The notes under the pieces were generated by a model that did not search any database, had not been told where the DNA came from, and saw nothing but the letters and a program-made list of their open reading frames with translations. A stretch of 64,000 nt of DNA, from assembly GCA_965140445.1 (NCBI GenBank), contig OZ223236.1, positions 1,856,001 to 1,920,000 of the forward strand, read 5' to 3'. The translations under genes and the position numbers were made by a program. This document shows positions 30,994-40,618 of this stretch, piece after piece. Positions within the stretch are counted from its first letter, which is position 1, and each line of letters starts with the position of its first letter. The stretch comes from Candidatus Ozemobacteraceae bacterium. GTDB lineage: Bacteria > Muiribacteriota > Ozemobacteria > Ozemobacterales > Ozemobacteraceae.

Positions 30994-33900
30994 CTAGTTA
31001 AGCTTATGGGCTTTAAAAATTTCTTGAAGCGCCATGTTTGCAGCAAGCCTAACTTCTTTGCTTTGGTCTCTAGTAGTATTTTTTAGTGCTACGAGGCATC
31101 TAATGTCTCTAAGGTTACCCAAAGCTTCAGCAGCTGCTTTTCTAACAGCGCTGCTTCTATCTGCAAGCATTATCATTAATGGCTCTACTACTGCATTTGA
31201 TCCAATTTTTCCCAAGATTCTTGCAATGTTTTCTCTTAAGAAATTGTTTCTGTCTTTTGTAAGCATAAGGAGTTTGGAAATCAAATTTGACTCACCAATT
31301 CTCACAAGAAGGTCACAAGAGTTTCGACGAATTCTTTCTTCAGAGTGTTTCAAGGCCTCGATTAAAACGTCATAAGAGTTTTCACCGAAACTGACAATCG
31401 CTTCACTGCATGCAAGTGGAACAATTGCAGATGGGTCATCCAGCCTTGCAAGCATTGGCATAATGGACTGTGGATCACCAATTTTTGCAAGGGCTTCGGC
31501 TGAAGCTTCTCTGACTTTTTCTGAAGAATCTTCAAGAGCCTTAACTATATGTGGAAGAGCAACCCGGTCTCGTCTTTCTCCAAGAACTTCAACCGAGGTA
31601 GTTCTCACTTCTTCTGATTTGTCGCCAATTGCAGCAATGATAATGTCAGGAACTCTCGCGTCAGCCATCATTGAAAGTGACTGAATTGAAAGTTTTCTAA
31701 CCAGCTCAGAAGAATCTTTGGTGGTTTTTTCAAGGAATTCTACGGCTGCAGTATCCTTAAGTTCGCCAAGAACCTCTGCGGCTTCTGCTCTTACAATTTC
31801 AACAGAGTCTTTCAGAGCCTCTATTGCAGGTTGAACAGCTGCAGTTGTTCCAATTTTTCCAATTGCTTCGATTGCTGCTGTCCTAACTTTTTCTGCAGAA
31901 TCCTTAACTAACTGAGAAAGAGTTCTAATGGCCCTTGGATCCTTTGTATCACCAAGAACTGTTGCAACTGCAACTCTAACTGGTTCGGAAGGGTGTGAAG
32001 CGCTCATTACAAGCTTCTCAACAAGCTTTCTGCTTTGATTGTTAATTAGTTGTTTAGACAACAAATGCAAAGGAATATTGAATTCTGGTTTTTTGAGGAT
32101 CTCTATCATTGCATCCAGAGAGCCTTCTGTTTTGATTCCGCCGAGGGCTTCAACGCACCATTGTCTTTGGAAATTGTCGCCTGTTCCAAAATATTCCATA
32201 ATTATTGGAATTGCCTTGTCATTTCCAACTTTTGCAAAAAGATTTGAAACATTCATTCTAATTAAATGAAGTATTTCGCCACTGCATTCCAGGATTCTCT
32301 TATCAGGAATTCCGGCAAGCTTTTTCATATCTTTATCTGTTAAAGCATCTCTGGCTATTTTAATTAGTAATGAGAAAGCTCTTTCATCTTCCATTTGGCT
32401 TAGAGCATTGGCAATGGAAAACTGAGCCCAAGCATATCCTTCTTTTAGAATAACGGATATTGGGTTTTCAGTTGTTAGATGCTCATCGATTGAAAGAAGG
32501 CTGTCTGCGATACATTTCTTAAGTGATGGCTCATGAGTTGAGTCAAGTATTTTAAGTAATGGGAAGATAGCTCTAATGCTTCCAATCTGGCCAAGGACAC
32601 GAACAAGAGAAGGAAGAGTTTCTGACTCATCTTCCAGCATTGCTTTTGTTATAAGATCCACGGACATTTCACCAAGCTCACAGAGTGCCCATTCAGCTTT
32701 TTCTATGATCTGGCGATCTTGTTCACCAAGTGATTTTATAAGAGGTTCAATGGCTTTTGCGCCCTTAATCTCGCCTAATGCTTCAATTGCCGCAAGTCTT
32801 ACATCTCGTTCAGAGTCTGTTAATCGGCCTACCAATGGTTCAATGGCAATTGGATTGCCTATTTTTCCAAGGGCTTGTGCCGCTGCTATTTTATGTTCGG
32901 TTTCCGGAGCTTCAAGGAATTTAACAAGATTACCAGCAGTTGCTTTCTCTGCAATTTCTCCAAGTGCATGAATTGCTTTCAGACAAAGAGTGTGGTCTTC
33001 TTTATCAAGAATTACAAGAACATAGCGACTTGCTTTGGCAGATTTTATTTTTCCAAAAGCTTCCAGAGCCAGCATTGTTAACTTGGCGTTAAAGCTGTTA
33101 GCCAGTTTAAGGAGTGGTTCAACAGCCTTGCTATCTGCAATTTCACCCAATGCCCAAACAATTTTTTCCTTAATCTGTGGATTACTAACCTGGAAAATAT
33201 CAATTAGTGGGGCAACTGCATTGGCATTTTTTATTTGTCCCAGCGCTTGAATAGTGGCCAGGCGAATTCGCTCATTATCTTCTCCAAGAACTACCAGTAG
33301 TTGATCACAGGCTGTTGTGGAACCAATTTTTCCAAGAGCTTCAATTGCTTTGAGGCGAACCTCGAAATCAGGATCTTTAAGCATTGGAAGAACTACTGCT
33401 ACTGATTTTTCGTCGGCTATATTTCCGATAGCTTCTGATGCGATCAGACGGAGATCATTGTTTCTACTTTTCAGGAAAGCTGAGACAGCTTTTAATGCTG
33501 ATATTGCACCAATCTTTCCTAGGGCTTCCAGAGTTACATAGCGAAGATCTTCATTATCTTCTTCAAGAAGTTTTATTAAAGGCACAACAGCTTCTTCTGC
33601 TCCGATGGAACCTAAGGCTCTTGCCGCAATAAACTTTAATTGTGACTGATCTGTGCTCAGGCACTGAACCAAAGGTCTTACTGCATCTTGACAAGCAACT
33701 TCTCCCAGATACTCTGCAGCTACCTCGCGGATATCTTTCAACTCATCATTCAAAAGAGCAATGAAGTCTGCATTTGCTGATTCGAGTTTTAGTTCCTTTA
33801 TGGACAAAACAAGAGAATATTTTTCATCAGGATCAGTTGCGTCTGCAAGCAACTGTCTGATTTCTGCCAGCTGTTCTTCAGGTGAAAGAGGCGGAGCTTC

Positions 33901-35436
33901 TTCAAGAATGGCTGCGGCAGTAGAAATCTGCTCATCGGGCGAAAGAAAGTCTGCAATATCCGAATCATCTGAATTTGAATTCTCAATTGAACTAAGGCTT
34001 CCAAGAGCCACATCCTCTGAGTCGTATTCAATTTCACTTTCTTTTTCTTCTGGTATCTGAGACTCTTCAATGGTTTCGGTAATAAAATCTATGGCAGGAT
34101 CTTGAGAATCAACAGTTTCTTCTTCAATTGAGGAAACTATTTTTTCTTCTGGTTGCGGTGCAGGAGCACCTCCGTCGATTCCAAGTATTAACCCGGCAAG
34201 ATCATCGTCTTGACTAGACTGTTCTTCAAGCACAGGTGCGTCTATTTCTGTTTCCTGAATCGTTTCTACTGCTTCAAATTCAGAAGGATCAAATACTTCT
34301 GAGTCATCTGTAGGAGTGTCTAGAACAAGAGAGTCGAGGAAATCATCTGTGACTTCGCCATTTTCTGATTCGTTTGACGCTACCGTTTCATCAACTGTGG
34401 TAACAGTATCTAAATTGTCTATTGTTGCCGTATCTTCTTCGATTTCAACTACTTCATCTTCAACAGAAAATTCGCTTGTAGCAACTTCTGCGTCCAAATC
34501 GCCAAAATCAAAGCTTTCTGCTTCAATCGTTGAACTGTCAGTGCTAACGATGAGATCACTTAATTCGTCTTCTTCTGGGGCACTTATGATTAAATTATCC
34601 AGCTCATCATTCTCAGAAATTTCAATTTCTTCAGGTTTTTCTATTTCAGCTACTGAATTAAGAGGCTCAGAGGGGGTCTCAACTACTTCAGAATCCAGGT
34701 CAAAGGAAATTTCATCAGAGGTGTCTTCAAAATTATCTGGGGCAGCAAAAGGATCTTCTTCTAAATCCTGTTCTACGGCAAGATTAGGCAAATCGTTTGA
34801 ATCTTCTGATAATGATTCTGTTGACGAATCAACATCTAATTGTAGTTCAAGAGAAGGGGCTTCTTCTGTTTTTTCCGGGTTAAGGCCTGGAAGATTAAAA
34901 TCTTCTGATCCTTGCTCATTGGTTCCCGATTCATTGCTTGCAAATGGATCATCAGATGAGTCAAGATCAAGTGAAATTTCAGAAGGCTGCTCATCTGAAT
35001 CTAATTCAAGACTAAGGCTCTCTCCAAGGTCACCAGTGTCAATGCTAAATTCATTGTCATCTCCTCCAAGATCAAGACTTAGTTCATTTCCAGAGGAATC
35101 TGAGTCTAAGTCTAAATTTAGATCAAGAGACAAATCGTCGTCTGATGAGCTATCCCCAAGATCCAAGCTAAATTCTGACGAAGATGAATCACTTTCATCC
35201 AAATTCAGTTCAAGGCCGTTATCTTGTGAACTATCACCGAGATCAAGATCGAACTCACTATTTGAACTGTTCTCTGCAGCATCATTTACTGAGAGATCTA
35301 GTGATAAGTCAAGATCAAGTGGTTCCCTTTCTGCTGGAGAGTCAATTGACGCTCCATCGCCTGGTAAACCCATTCCGCACATATTACAAAATTTATTATC
35401 TTTTTCGTTCTCGAATCCACATCCGGGACACTGCAT
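30994..35436 (-). CDS. Zn-ribbon + acidic low-complexity linker + PBS-lyase-type HEAT repeat protein
   Basis: CPGC-x10-CNMC, a ~490-aa D/E/S-rich segment, then many ~31-aa repeats (xRxxAxxALGxIG..AVxPL). Confidence 0.9.
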   Translation of the reverse strand: MQCPGCGFENEKDNKFCNMCGMGLPGDGASIDSPAEREPLDLDLSLDLSVNDAAENSSNSEFDLDLGDSSQDNGLELNLDESDSSSSEFSLDLGDSSSDDDLSLDLNLDLDSDSSGNELSLDLGGDDNEFSIDTGDLGESLSLELDSDEQPSEISLDLDSSDDPFASNESGTNEQGSEDFNLPGLNPEKTEEAPSLELQLDVDSSTESLSEDSNDLPNLAVEQDLEEDPFAAPDNFEDTSDEISFDLDSEVVETPSEPLNSVAEIEKPEEIEISENDELDNLIISAPEEDELSDLIVSTDSSTIEAESFDFGDLDAEVATSEFSVEDEVVEIEEDTATIDNLDTVTTVDETVASNESENGEVTDDFLDSLVLDTPTDDSEVFDPSEFEAVETIQETEIDAPVLEEQSSQDDDLAGLILGIDGGAPAPQPEEKIVSSIEEETVDSQDPAIDFITETIEESQIPEEKESEIEYDSEDVALGSLSSIENSNSDDSDIADFLSPDEQISTAAAILEEAPPLSPEEQLAEIRQLLADATDPDEKYSLVLSIKELKLESANADFIALLNDELKDIREVAAEYLGEVACQDAVRPLVQCLSTDQSQLKFIAARALGSIGAEEAVVPLIKLLEEDNEDLRYVTLEALGKIGAISALKAVSAFLKSRNNDLRLIASEAIGNIADEKSVAVVLPMLKDPDFEVRLKAIEALGKIGSTTACDQLLVVLGEDNERIRLATIQALGQIKNANAVAPLIDIFQVSNPQIKEKIVWALGEIADSKAVEPLLKLANSFNAKLTMLALEAFGKIKSAKASRYVLVILDKEDHTLCLKAIHALGEIAEKATAGNLVKFLEAPETEHKIAAAQALGKIGNPIAIEPLVGRLTDSERDVRLAAIEALGEIKGAKAIEPLIKSLGEQDRQIIEKAEWALCELGEMSVDLITKAMLEDESETLPSLVRVLGQIGSIRAIFPLLKILDSTHEPSLKKCIADSLLSIDEHLTTENPISVILKEGYAWAQFSIANALSQMEDERAFSLLIKIARDALTDKDMKKLAGIPDKRILECSGEILHLIRMNVSNLFAKVGNDKAIPIIMEYFGTGDNFQRQWCVEALGGIKTEGSLDAMIEILKKPEFNIPLHLLSKQLINNQSRKLVEKLVMSASHPSEPVRVAVATVLGDTKDPRAIRTLSQLVKDSAEKVRTAAIEAIGKIGTTAAVQPAIEALKDSVEIVRAEAAEVLGELKDTAAVEFLEKTTKDSSELVRKLSIQSLSMMADARVPDIIIAAIGDKSEEVRTTSVEVLGERRDRVALPHIVKALEDSSEKVREASAEALAKIGDPQSIMPMLARLDDPSAIVPLACSEAIVSFGENSYDVLIEALKHSEERIRRNSCDLLVRIGESNLISKLLMLTKDRNNFLRENIARILGKIGSNAVVEPLMIMLADRSSAVRKAAAEALGNLRDIRCLVALKNTTRDQSKEVRLAANMALQEIFKAHKLN
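34940..35330 (-). repeat. Degenerate protein-level tandem repeat, consensus E(F/L/I)SLDL(G/D)
   Basis: About nine copies, e.g. EFDLDLGD, EFSLDLGD, ELSLDLGG, EISLDLDS. Confidence 0.75.
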
Positions 35437-35608
35437 AGAGACCTCCGAGTTTTTCTGTCTGAATGCTTTTGCTATAACTTATCAAAGTATCAAAACAATC
35501 TGCATTTGTCTTGAAAAATATTTAAAAAGTGAGTCTAACAAACAGAATTGAAAATTACTATTACTCAAATATTTATTAATAGGCCCTCAAAGGAAGTTAT
35601 AATTCTTT

Positions 35609-37342
35609 CTATTTTTCTTGAAAAATAAAATCCTTTAACGACGGAAACTTTTCTGATAAAGCGGTTCTAATGTCAATCTCCTCTCCAGCAGCAATAATTT
35701 GCTGAATAAAAGAGCATAATTGATCTCTCTCAACTATCGGTATGATCTGTTTTATTCTGCTAATAGAAGAAGGTCGCATGCTGAAATCTTCCACGCCTAT
35801 TCCTAGAAGAGCAAGAAATCCTGCTGGGTCTGCGGCCATTTCTCCGCAAACACAAAGTTTAATTTCTTCGGCTCTTGCAGCGCTGAGACAAGTAAAAATT
35901 AAACGTAAAAAAGGAATATTTAGTGGGTTTGCCAGCTCGGCAAGCCTTTGATTTGTTCTATCTATGGCATAGAAGAACTGAAGAAGGTCATTTGTTCCTA
36001 AACTTATGTAATTTGTATATTTTGAAATTTCTTCCATCATAAAAACTGTTGAAGGAACTTCAACCATGATTCCCCACTCTGGTGGTGATTTCGGGTTGAT
36101 CTGCTCAATAGCTTTCTTATAAATTTCATCAATCTGTTTCAATTCATTCGCCGTAGAGATCATTGGGAAAATAATTTTACAGTTGCTTCCGTCTGCTGCT
36201 CGAATCATAGCTCTAAGTTGTGGCAGGAGAATTTCTTCTCTGGACAAAGAAAAGCGAATAGATCTAAAGCCCATAGCGGGATTTTCTTCTTTTGGGAAAG
36301 GGATGTATTTTAAAGGTTTGTCGGAACCAATATCTATAGTTCTTAGAATGGCTGAGTCTTTGGCTGTTTCAATAACTTGTTTGTAAACGCCGTATTGGAA
36401 CTCTTCCGAAGGTAAGTCCATGCTTTCCATGAACAAAAATTCGCTTCTGAATAATCCAATTCTTTTGATGCTCTGTTTTTTCAAAAGTTCGAGCTCTTCA
36501 ACTCTAGCGATATTCGCGCCCAGGCCAACTTGAAAACCATCTGCTGTAATGTCAGAAGATTCAAGTTCCGACTCAATAAGGTTTTGAGAGGCCAAAAGTT
36601 TATCTTTTACTTCTTGTCCAGGATTCAAAATAACCTTGCATCCTGAGCGTGTGTCTATAAGAATTTCATCTCCTGTTCTAGCTACAAGCGTTAGATCGCT
36701 AAGACCAAAAACTGATGGAATCCCAAGAGCACCAGACAAAATTGCAACGTGGGAGGTTGCTCCGCCAGAATCAAGACAAACCCCTTTTAAATTTCCTTTA
36801 GAAAAATCCAATATTTCTCCCGGAGTTACTTCACTTCCTATAAGAACGTAGGGATCATTACCTATTTCGGCAGCAGGTCCCTCTAGCCCCATTAAATGTC
36901 GAAGAAGTCTATCTCCAACATCTTTTACATCAATAGCTCGTTCCCTGAGATAAGGATCTTCAATTGCTGAAAAAATTGTTTGAAGCTGGTCAACTATTTC
37001 CCGGACTATGCTTTCAACATTTACCATTGCTTTTTTTAGCCTGGAAATAATTTGTGGAACAAATTGCGGGTCTTCCAGCATTAAGAGATGTGAGTCAAAT
37101 ATGGCGGCATACTTTGCACCATGCTTCTCTTCTGCTAGTTTCTGGGCAGCAAGAAGGTCTCTTCGAGTAAGCTGGGTTGCAGCATCAAGTCGTTCAAGTT
37201 CCTTGTCGATTTGATTTTCATCAATAGACGTGGTTTTTACTTCAATTCGTTTTTTGAAAACGTAAGCTTTAGCTACGCAACATCCAACTGAACCAACGAT
37301 GCCGTTTGCAACAGCAGTTTGTTTTTTTCCCGATTCAACCAT
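35609..37342 (-). CDS. ptsI: PTS enzyme I
   Basis: GGATSHVAIL (phospho-His), GLFRSEFLF, RTIDIGSDK, SLGTNDL, CGEMA. Confidence 0.95.
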   Translation of the reverse strand: MVESGKKQTAVANGIVGSVGCCVAKAYVFKKRIEVKTTSIDENQIDKELERLDAATQLTRRDLLAAQKLAEEKHGAKYAAIFDSHLLMLEDPQFVPQIISRLKKAMVNVESIVREIVDQLQTIFSAIEDPYLRERAIDVKDVGDRLLRHLMGLEGPAAEIGNDPYVLIGSEVTPGEILDFSKGNLKGVCLDSGGATSHVAILSGALGIPSVFGLSDLTLVARTGDEILIDTRSGCKVILNPGQEVKDKLLASQNLIESELESSDITADGFQVGLGANIARVEELELLKKQSIKRIGLFRSEFLFMESMDLPSEEFQYGVYKQVIETAKDSAILRTIDIGSDKPLKYIPFPKEENPAMGFRSIRFSLSREEILLPQLRAMIRAADGSNCKIIFPMISTANELKQIDEIYKKAIEQINPKSPPEWGIMVEVPSTVFMMEEISKYTNYISLGTNDLLQFFYAIDRTNQRLAELANPLNIPFLRLIFTCLSAARAEEIKLCVCGEMAADPAGFLALLGIGVEDFSMRPSSISRIKQIIPIVERDQLCSFIQQIIAAGEEIDIRTALSEKFPSLKDFIFQEK

Positions 37343-37365
37343 AATTCCCCCCGAAGACCTAAACT

Positions 37366-37638
37366 TCAGGCCATTTCTTCACCGAAGCCACTGTCCACAA
37401 GTGATGCAATAGCGTCAACAGCTTCTTCTTCATCCGAACCTTCTGCAGTAATGACGATTTTTTGTCCTGGCCCAGCGGCCAACATCATTACACCTAAAAT
37501 GCTCTTTGCATTGATTTCTGTGTCGTCTTTTGCTAACTGAACTTCAGATTCGAACTTTCCAGCCAGTTTTACTAACAGAGATGCAGGGCGTGCGTGTAAA
37601 CCCAATTTGTTTTTGATTTCTACTTCTTTTCGCTTCAT
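37366..37638 (-). CDS. ptsH: Phosphocarrier protein HPr
   Basis: GLHARPA (His15) and NAKSILGVM (Ser46). Confidence 0.96.
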   Translation of the reverse strand: MKRKEVEIKNKLGLHARPASLLVKLAGKFESEVQLAKDDTEINAKSILGVMMLAAGPGQKIVITAEGSDEEEAVDAIASLVDSGFGEEMA

Positions 37639-37647
37639 GCTGTATCC

Positions 37648-38451
37648 TTATATCAGAATTCCCCAGTGATGAAGCACCAGGGCACTAACCATTAATAGAA
37701 AGGAAATCATCAGGACATCAATCTTTGCCCTGTAAGCAATTGTTCCGAGAGACACCAGGATAATTGCTCCGATTCCCTGAACGACTTTTTCACCAAAGTA
37801 AAAATACTCCAAAGGAAGATTTGTTAATAAATATGGAGTATGCAGATTAACATGATTTGGTATTAGATAACAGAGAAAAACTAACGTTCCATATCTCAGG
37901 GTTTGTCTAATTTTTGGAAAGTTAAATTGTTTTAGTGATCTAATTACGTGAGTTCCTTGATTGTATCCCCAAAAAATTCCTGCAAATCTAAAATAGAGGT
38001 GAGGAATATTGTAAACCATCAGGAAAAAAATAGGGGTAAGTAAAATGTTTCCAAATGCAAGTGAAAGGCCGGCTGCAGCAACAAATGGCCTCCAGCTGTC
38101 CCAGAAAAGCCCGTCACCAATTGCAGCGCAAGCGGTCATTAATCCTTCTTTTGTGTCATGAATAATGTCTTCCGAAATTTCTCCGCGAGCCAGCTTTTCT
38201 TCTAAGGATAGAGTTACACCCATAACAATAGATGCAAAATAGGGATTTGTATTAAAGTATTCCAGATGCCTTAAGTATGCAGCTTCTCTTGCAGGACCTG
38301 GCTCATAAATTTTATCTAGCCCTAATCCAATGGCATAAATAAATCCCATGCTCATCATACCCCTGTAATTCCAGGAGGCTTGTAGAAAAAAGCTTCTAAA
38401 AGCAATTCTGATTAGGGTTAATCGATTAAGCTTTGCTATTTGATGGTCCAT
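37648..38451 (-). CDS. Mannose/fructose/sorbose-family PTS IID
   Basis: RSFFLQASWNY, RHLEYFNTNP, AAIGDGLFW. Confidence 0.9.
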   Translation of the reverse strand: MDHQIAKLNRLTLIRIAFRSFFLQASWNYRGMMSMGFIYAIGLGLDKIYEPGPAREAAYLRHLEYFNTNPYFASIVMGVTLSLEEKLARGEISEDIIHDTKEGLMTACAAIGDGLFWDSWRPFVAAAGLSLAFGNILLTPIFFLMVYNIPHLYFRFAGIFWGYNQGTHVIRSLKQFNFPKIRQTLRYGTLVFLCYLIPNHVNLHTPYLLTNLPLEYFYFGEKVVQGIGAIILVSLGTIAYRAKIDVLMISFLLMVSALVLHHWGILI

Positions 38452-39223
38452 GGTTCTTCCATATAATGAATGCTGTTGCTATAATCGCTAGCCAGAATTT
38501 TGCAGGAAGAACGGTGAAAGCTAGTATTCCATAGATAACTTTTTTTAGCTCTTCCTTATTTTGAATACACATACTTGCCAGAACAGAGAATCCAATTGCA
38601 GGTAAAAGCCCTTGAATTACTATAAAACCACTGCTATGAGAAAAAGTCAGAGTTTGGGTGAAGTATTTCAATGGTTCTACACCAAGCCAGGTAACAAGAA
38701 AGCAAAACAAAAATGCTTTGGAAAAAGTAAAAAAGCCGCCAAGGGTATGCCCTACAGCTATTGACCAAAGCTGGTTTTCTTCTACTTTTAATGCGACCCA
38801 GGAATCTAAATTTGTGTTTAATCGCCGGACAAACATGTCCAGACTTCTCCCTAATAGTCCAAGAGCAACGGAGAATAGAAGTGCAATGGTATAACAAACT
38901 TCTCTCTCGGTATAAGTTTCATAGCTATGCCCTGCGATGAATCCCAGGGCAACTGAAAGAACTGAAGCTAAGGCTGCATCAGGGGGAACATTCATCCCAA
39001 GTGGGAGTTGCTCAATCCAGACGAGTTGAAGTATGGTTCCAACCATTAATCCTAACTTTAGTCCAGCCGCCGGTTCTCCAAACAGGTTGCCAAGAAAAAG
39101 ACCTGTTAACGGTGCAGCGACAATAGGTTGAGAAATCATAAATTGCCAGGTAGCGGTAGAATCTAAATCAACAATTCCACCAATCAAAGCAATTATCAGG
39201 GATGCCATTAAATGATCTTGCAT
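38426..39223 (-). CDS. Mannose/fructose/sorbose-family PTS IIC
   Basis: QFMISQPIV, GTILQLVWI, GMNVPPD, LLPAIGF. Confidence 0.88.
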   Translation of the reverse strand: MQDHLMASLIIALIGGIVDLDSTATWQFMISQPIVAAPLTGLFLGNLFGEPAAGLKLGLMVGTILQLVWIEQLPLGMNVPPDAALASVLSVALGFIAGHSYETYTEREVCYTIALLFSVALGLLGRSLDMFVRRLNTNLDSWVALKVEENQLWSIAVGHTLGGFFTFSKAFLFCFLVTWLGVEPLKYFTQTLTFSHSSGFIVIQGLLPAIGFSVLASMCIQNKEELKKVIYGILAFTVLPAKFWLAIIATAFIIWKNHGPSNSKA

Positions 39224-39225
39224 TC

Positions 39226-40536
39226 TTATTCCTCAAAAGCCTCCCATTCCTTTTCTAGATCATGGATTGCATATTCAGGAGTTAACTCACCATTTAATAC
39301 CTTTTTTATCTTTTCACCAATGGAGGCGTAGACCTTGCCTCTTTTAGCTTGAATATCCATTTTTTGACTGGATTGAAGTTGCCATACAAAAGTTTTTAGA
39401 AATGGGTCCTTTTTGATTTCAGGATCAGAAAAAATAGATTTTCTGGCCGGGAGTCCATAATTCTTCTTCGAAAGTCTCGTTTGGACGTTCTTTGAGCAAA
39501 GAAACTTAGCGAATTTTAATGAAGCTTGTTTATATTTTGAAGTTTTTGATATGGTCAATGTTTGACAGCCAATAGGAGGGAATGAGCCAAGAGAACCGCC
39601 TGGGATTCCAACTATTCCCAGGTTGGAGACATCTGATTTAAAGGCACTTCCTGAGATAATTTCTCTGATTGCCCAGGGCCCATTAAAAATCATGCTAACT
39701 TGACCGCTTTTGAAGCTGTTGACCATCATTTTATACGTGTTTGCCCTTAAACTTACTGGTGGCACTGCTTTTAAGCGATTTTTAAGGTTTAAAAGATATT
39801 CCAGAGCTTTTATACTTTGGTCTGAATTAATTGCTGTTTTTCCGTCTTTTGTAAAATAACGTCCACCAAAGCTAAAAAGTATTGGTTGAAAATACCATCC
39901 GTTCGGATGAATGAAGAAGCCGTATCTCCCTGTTCTAGGGTCGGTTAATTTGGCGGCTGCGCGAGAGAATTCTTCATAGTTTCTGGGAGGGGTTAGCCCC
40001 AGTTCTTTAAAATGCTTTTTGTTATAAAAAAGAGCCAGGCAATCTACAGACATTGGAACAGCCCATATTTTATCCTTAATCTCAATTACCTGCTTTGCAA
40101 TTGGCAAGAGATCTTCGTATTCTTCTTTAATTTCAGATTTCTCAATGGGTTGAATCAAATCTGCTTTTACAAAATCATGCAGCCAGAATCTATCTGTTCG
40201 CAGAAGGTCGGGGGCTACGCCAGCTTTTATACTTTGCTCAAATTTTTCTCTGGCTTTGTAGAATGAAATTTCTTTAACTGAAACTTTTATTGTTGGATTA
40301 AGTTTTTCAAATTCACTTACAAACTCGGGCATCAGCTCTGCTTCTGGCTTGTCCATCGTATTCCAGAAGGTAATTGTTACTGTTTTCTGGTTAACGTCAC
40401 TTACTTCAGTAGATCCGCAGCCGGAAAACAGAATCAACGCCAAGACACAAAAAGTTGAGAAAGTAGAGCGTATAAAAAAGGTTGAGAAAATTTGAGAAAA
40501 ATTTGATGATTGTTTTTTTTCTAATAAATTTTTCAC
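39226..40536 (-). CDS. Sugar ABC transporter substrate-binding lipoprotein (MalE-like)
   Basis: Lipobox FSGC, TITFW, APDL, ALFYNK, GQVSMIFNGPW. Confidence 0.88.
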   Translation of the reverse strand: MKNLLEKKQSSNFSQIFSTFFIRSTFSTFCVLALILFSGCGSTEVSDVNQKTVTITFWNTMDKPEAELMPEFVSEFEKLNPTIKVSVKEISFYKAREKFEQSIKAGVAPDLLRTDRFWLHDFVKADLIQPIEKSEIKEEYEDLLPIAKQVIEIKDKIWAVPMSVDCLALFYNKKHFKELGLTPPRNYEEFSRAAAKLTDPRTGRYGFFIHPNGWYFQPILFSFGGRYFTKDGKTAINSDQSIKALEYLLNLKNRLKAVPPVSLRANTYKMMVNSFKSGQVSMIFNGPWAIREIISGSAFKSDVSNLGIVGIPGGSLGSFPPIGCQTLTISKTSKYKQASLKFAKFLCSKNVQTRLSKKNYGLPARKSIFSDPEIKKDPFLKTFVWQLQSSQKMDIQAKRGKVYASIGEKIKKVLNGELTPEYAIHDLEKEWEAFEE

Positions 40537-40559
40537 TATTTCAAATCAGCCTTTTGTGG

Positions 40560-40618
40560 TTAAAGGAGGGTATTCACCCTCCTTTAAGGAAATATCTAGG
40601 TTCTAACGCTGGATTCTA
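40560..40618 (-). promoter_or_regulatory. Intra-operon 12-bp hairpin preceded by four NAG triplets (candidate attenuator)
   Basis: Transcript: UAG-AAUC-CAG-CGU-UAG-AACC-UAG-AUAUUUCC-UUAAAGGAGGGU-GAAU-ACCCUCCUUUAA. Confidence 0.55.

Noticed and set aside
34316..35551. 411-aa Ser-rich ORF on the + strand
   Set aside because: Antisense shadow of the Asp/Glu-rich linker (GAA/GAT codons give TC-rich reverse codons). No RBS or domain.
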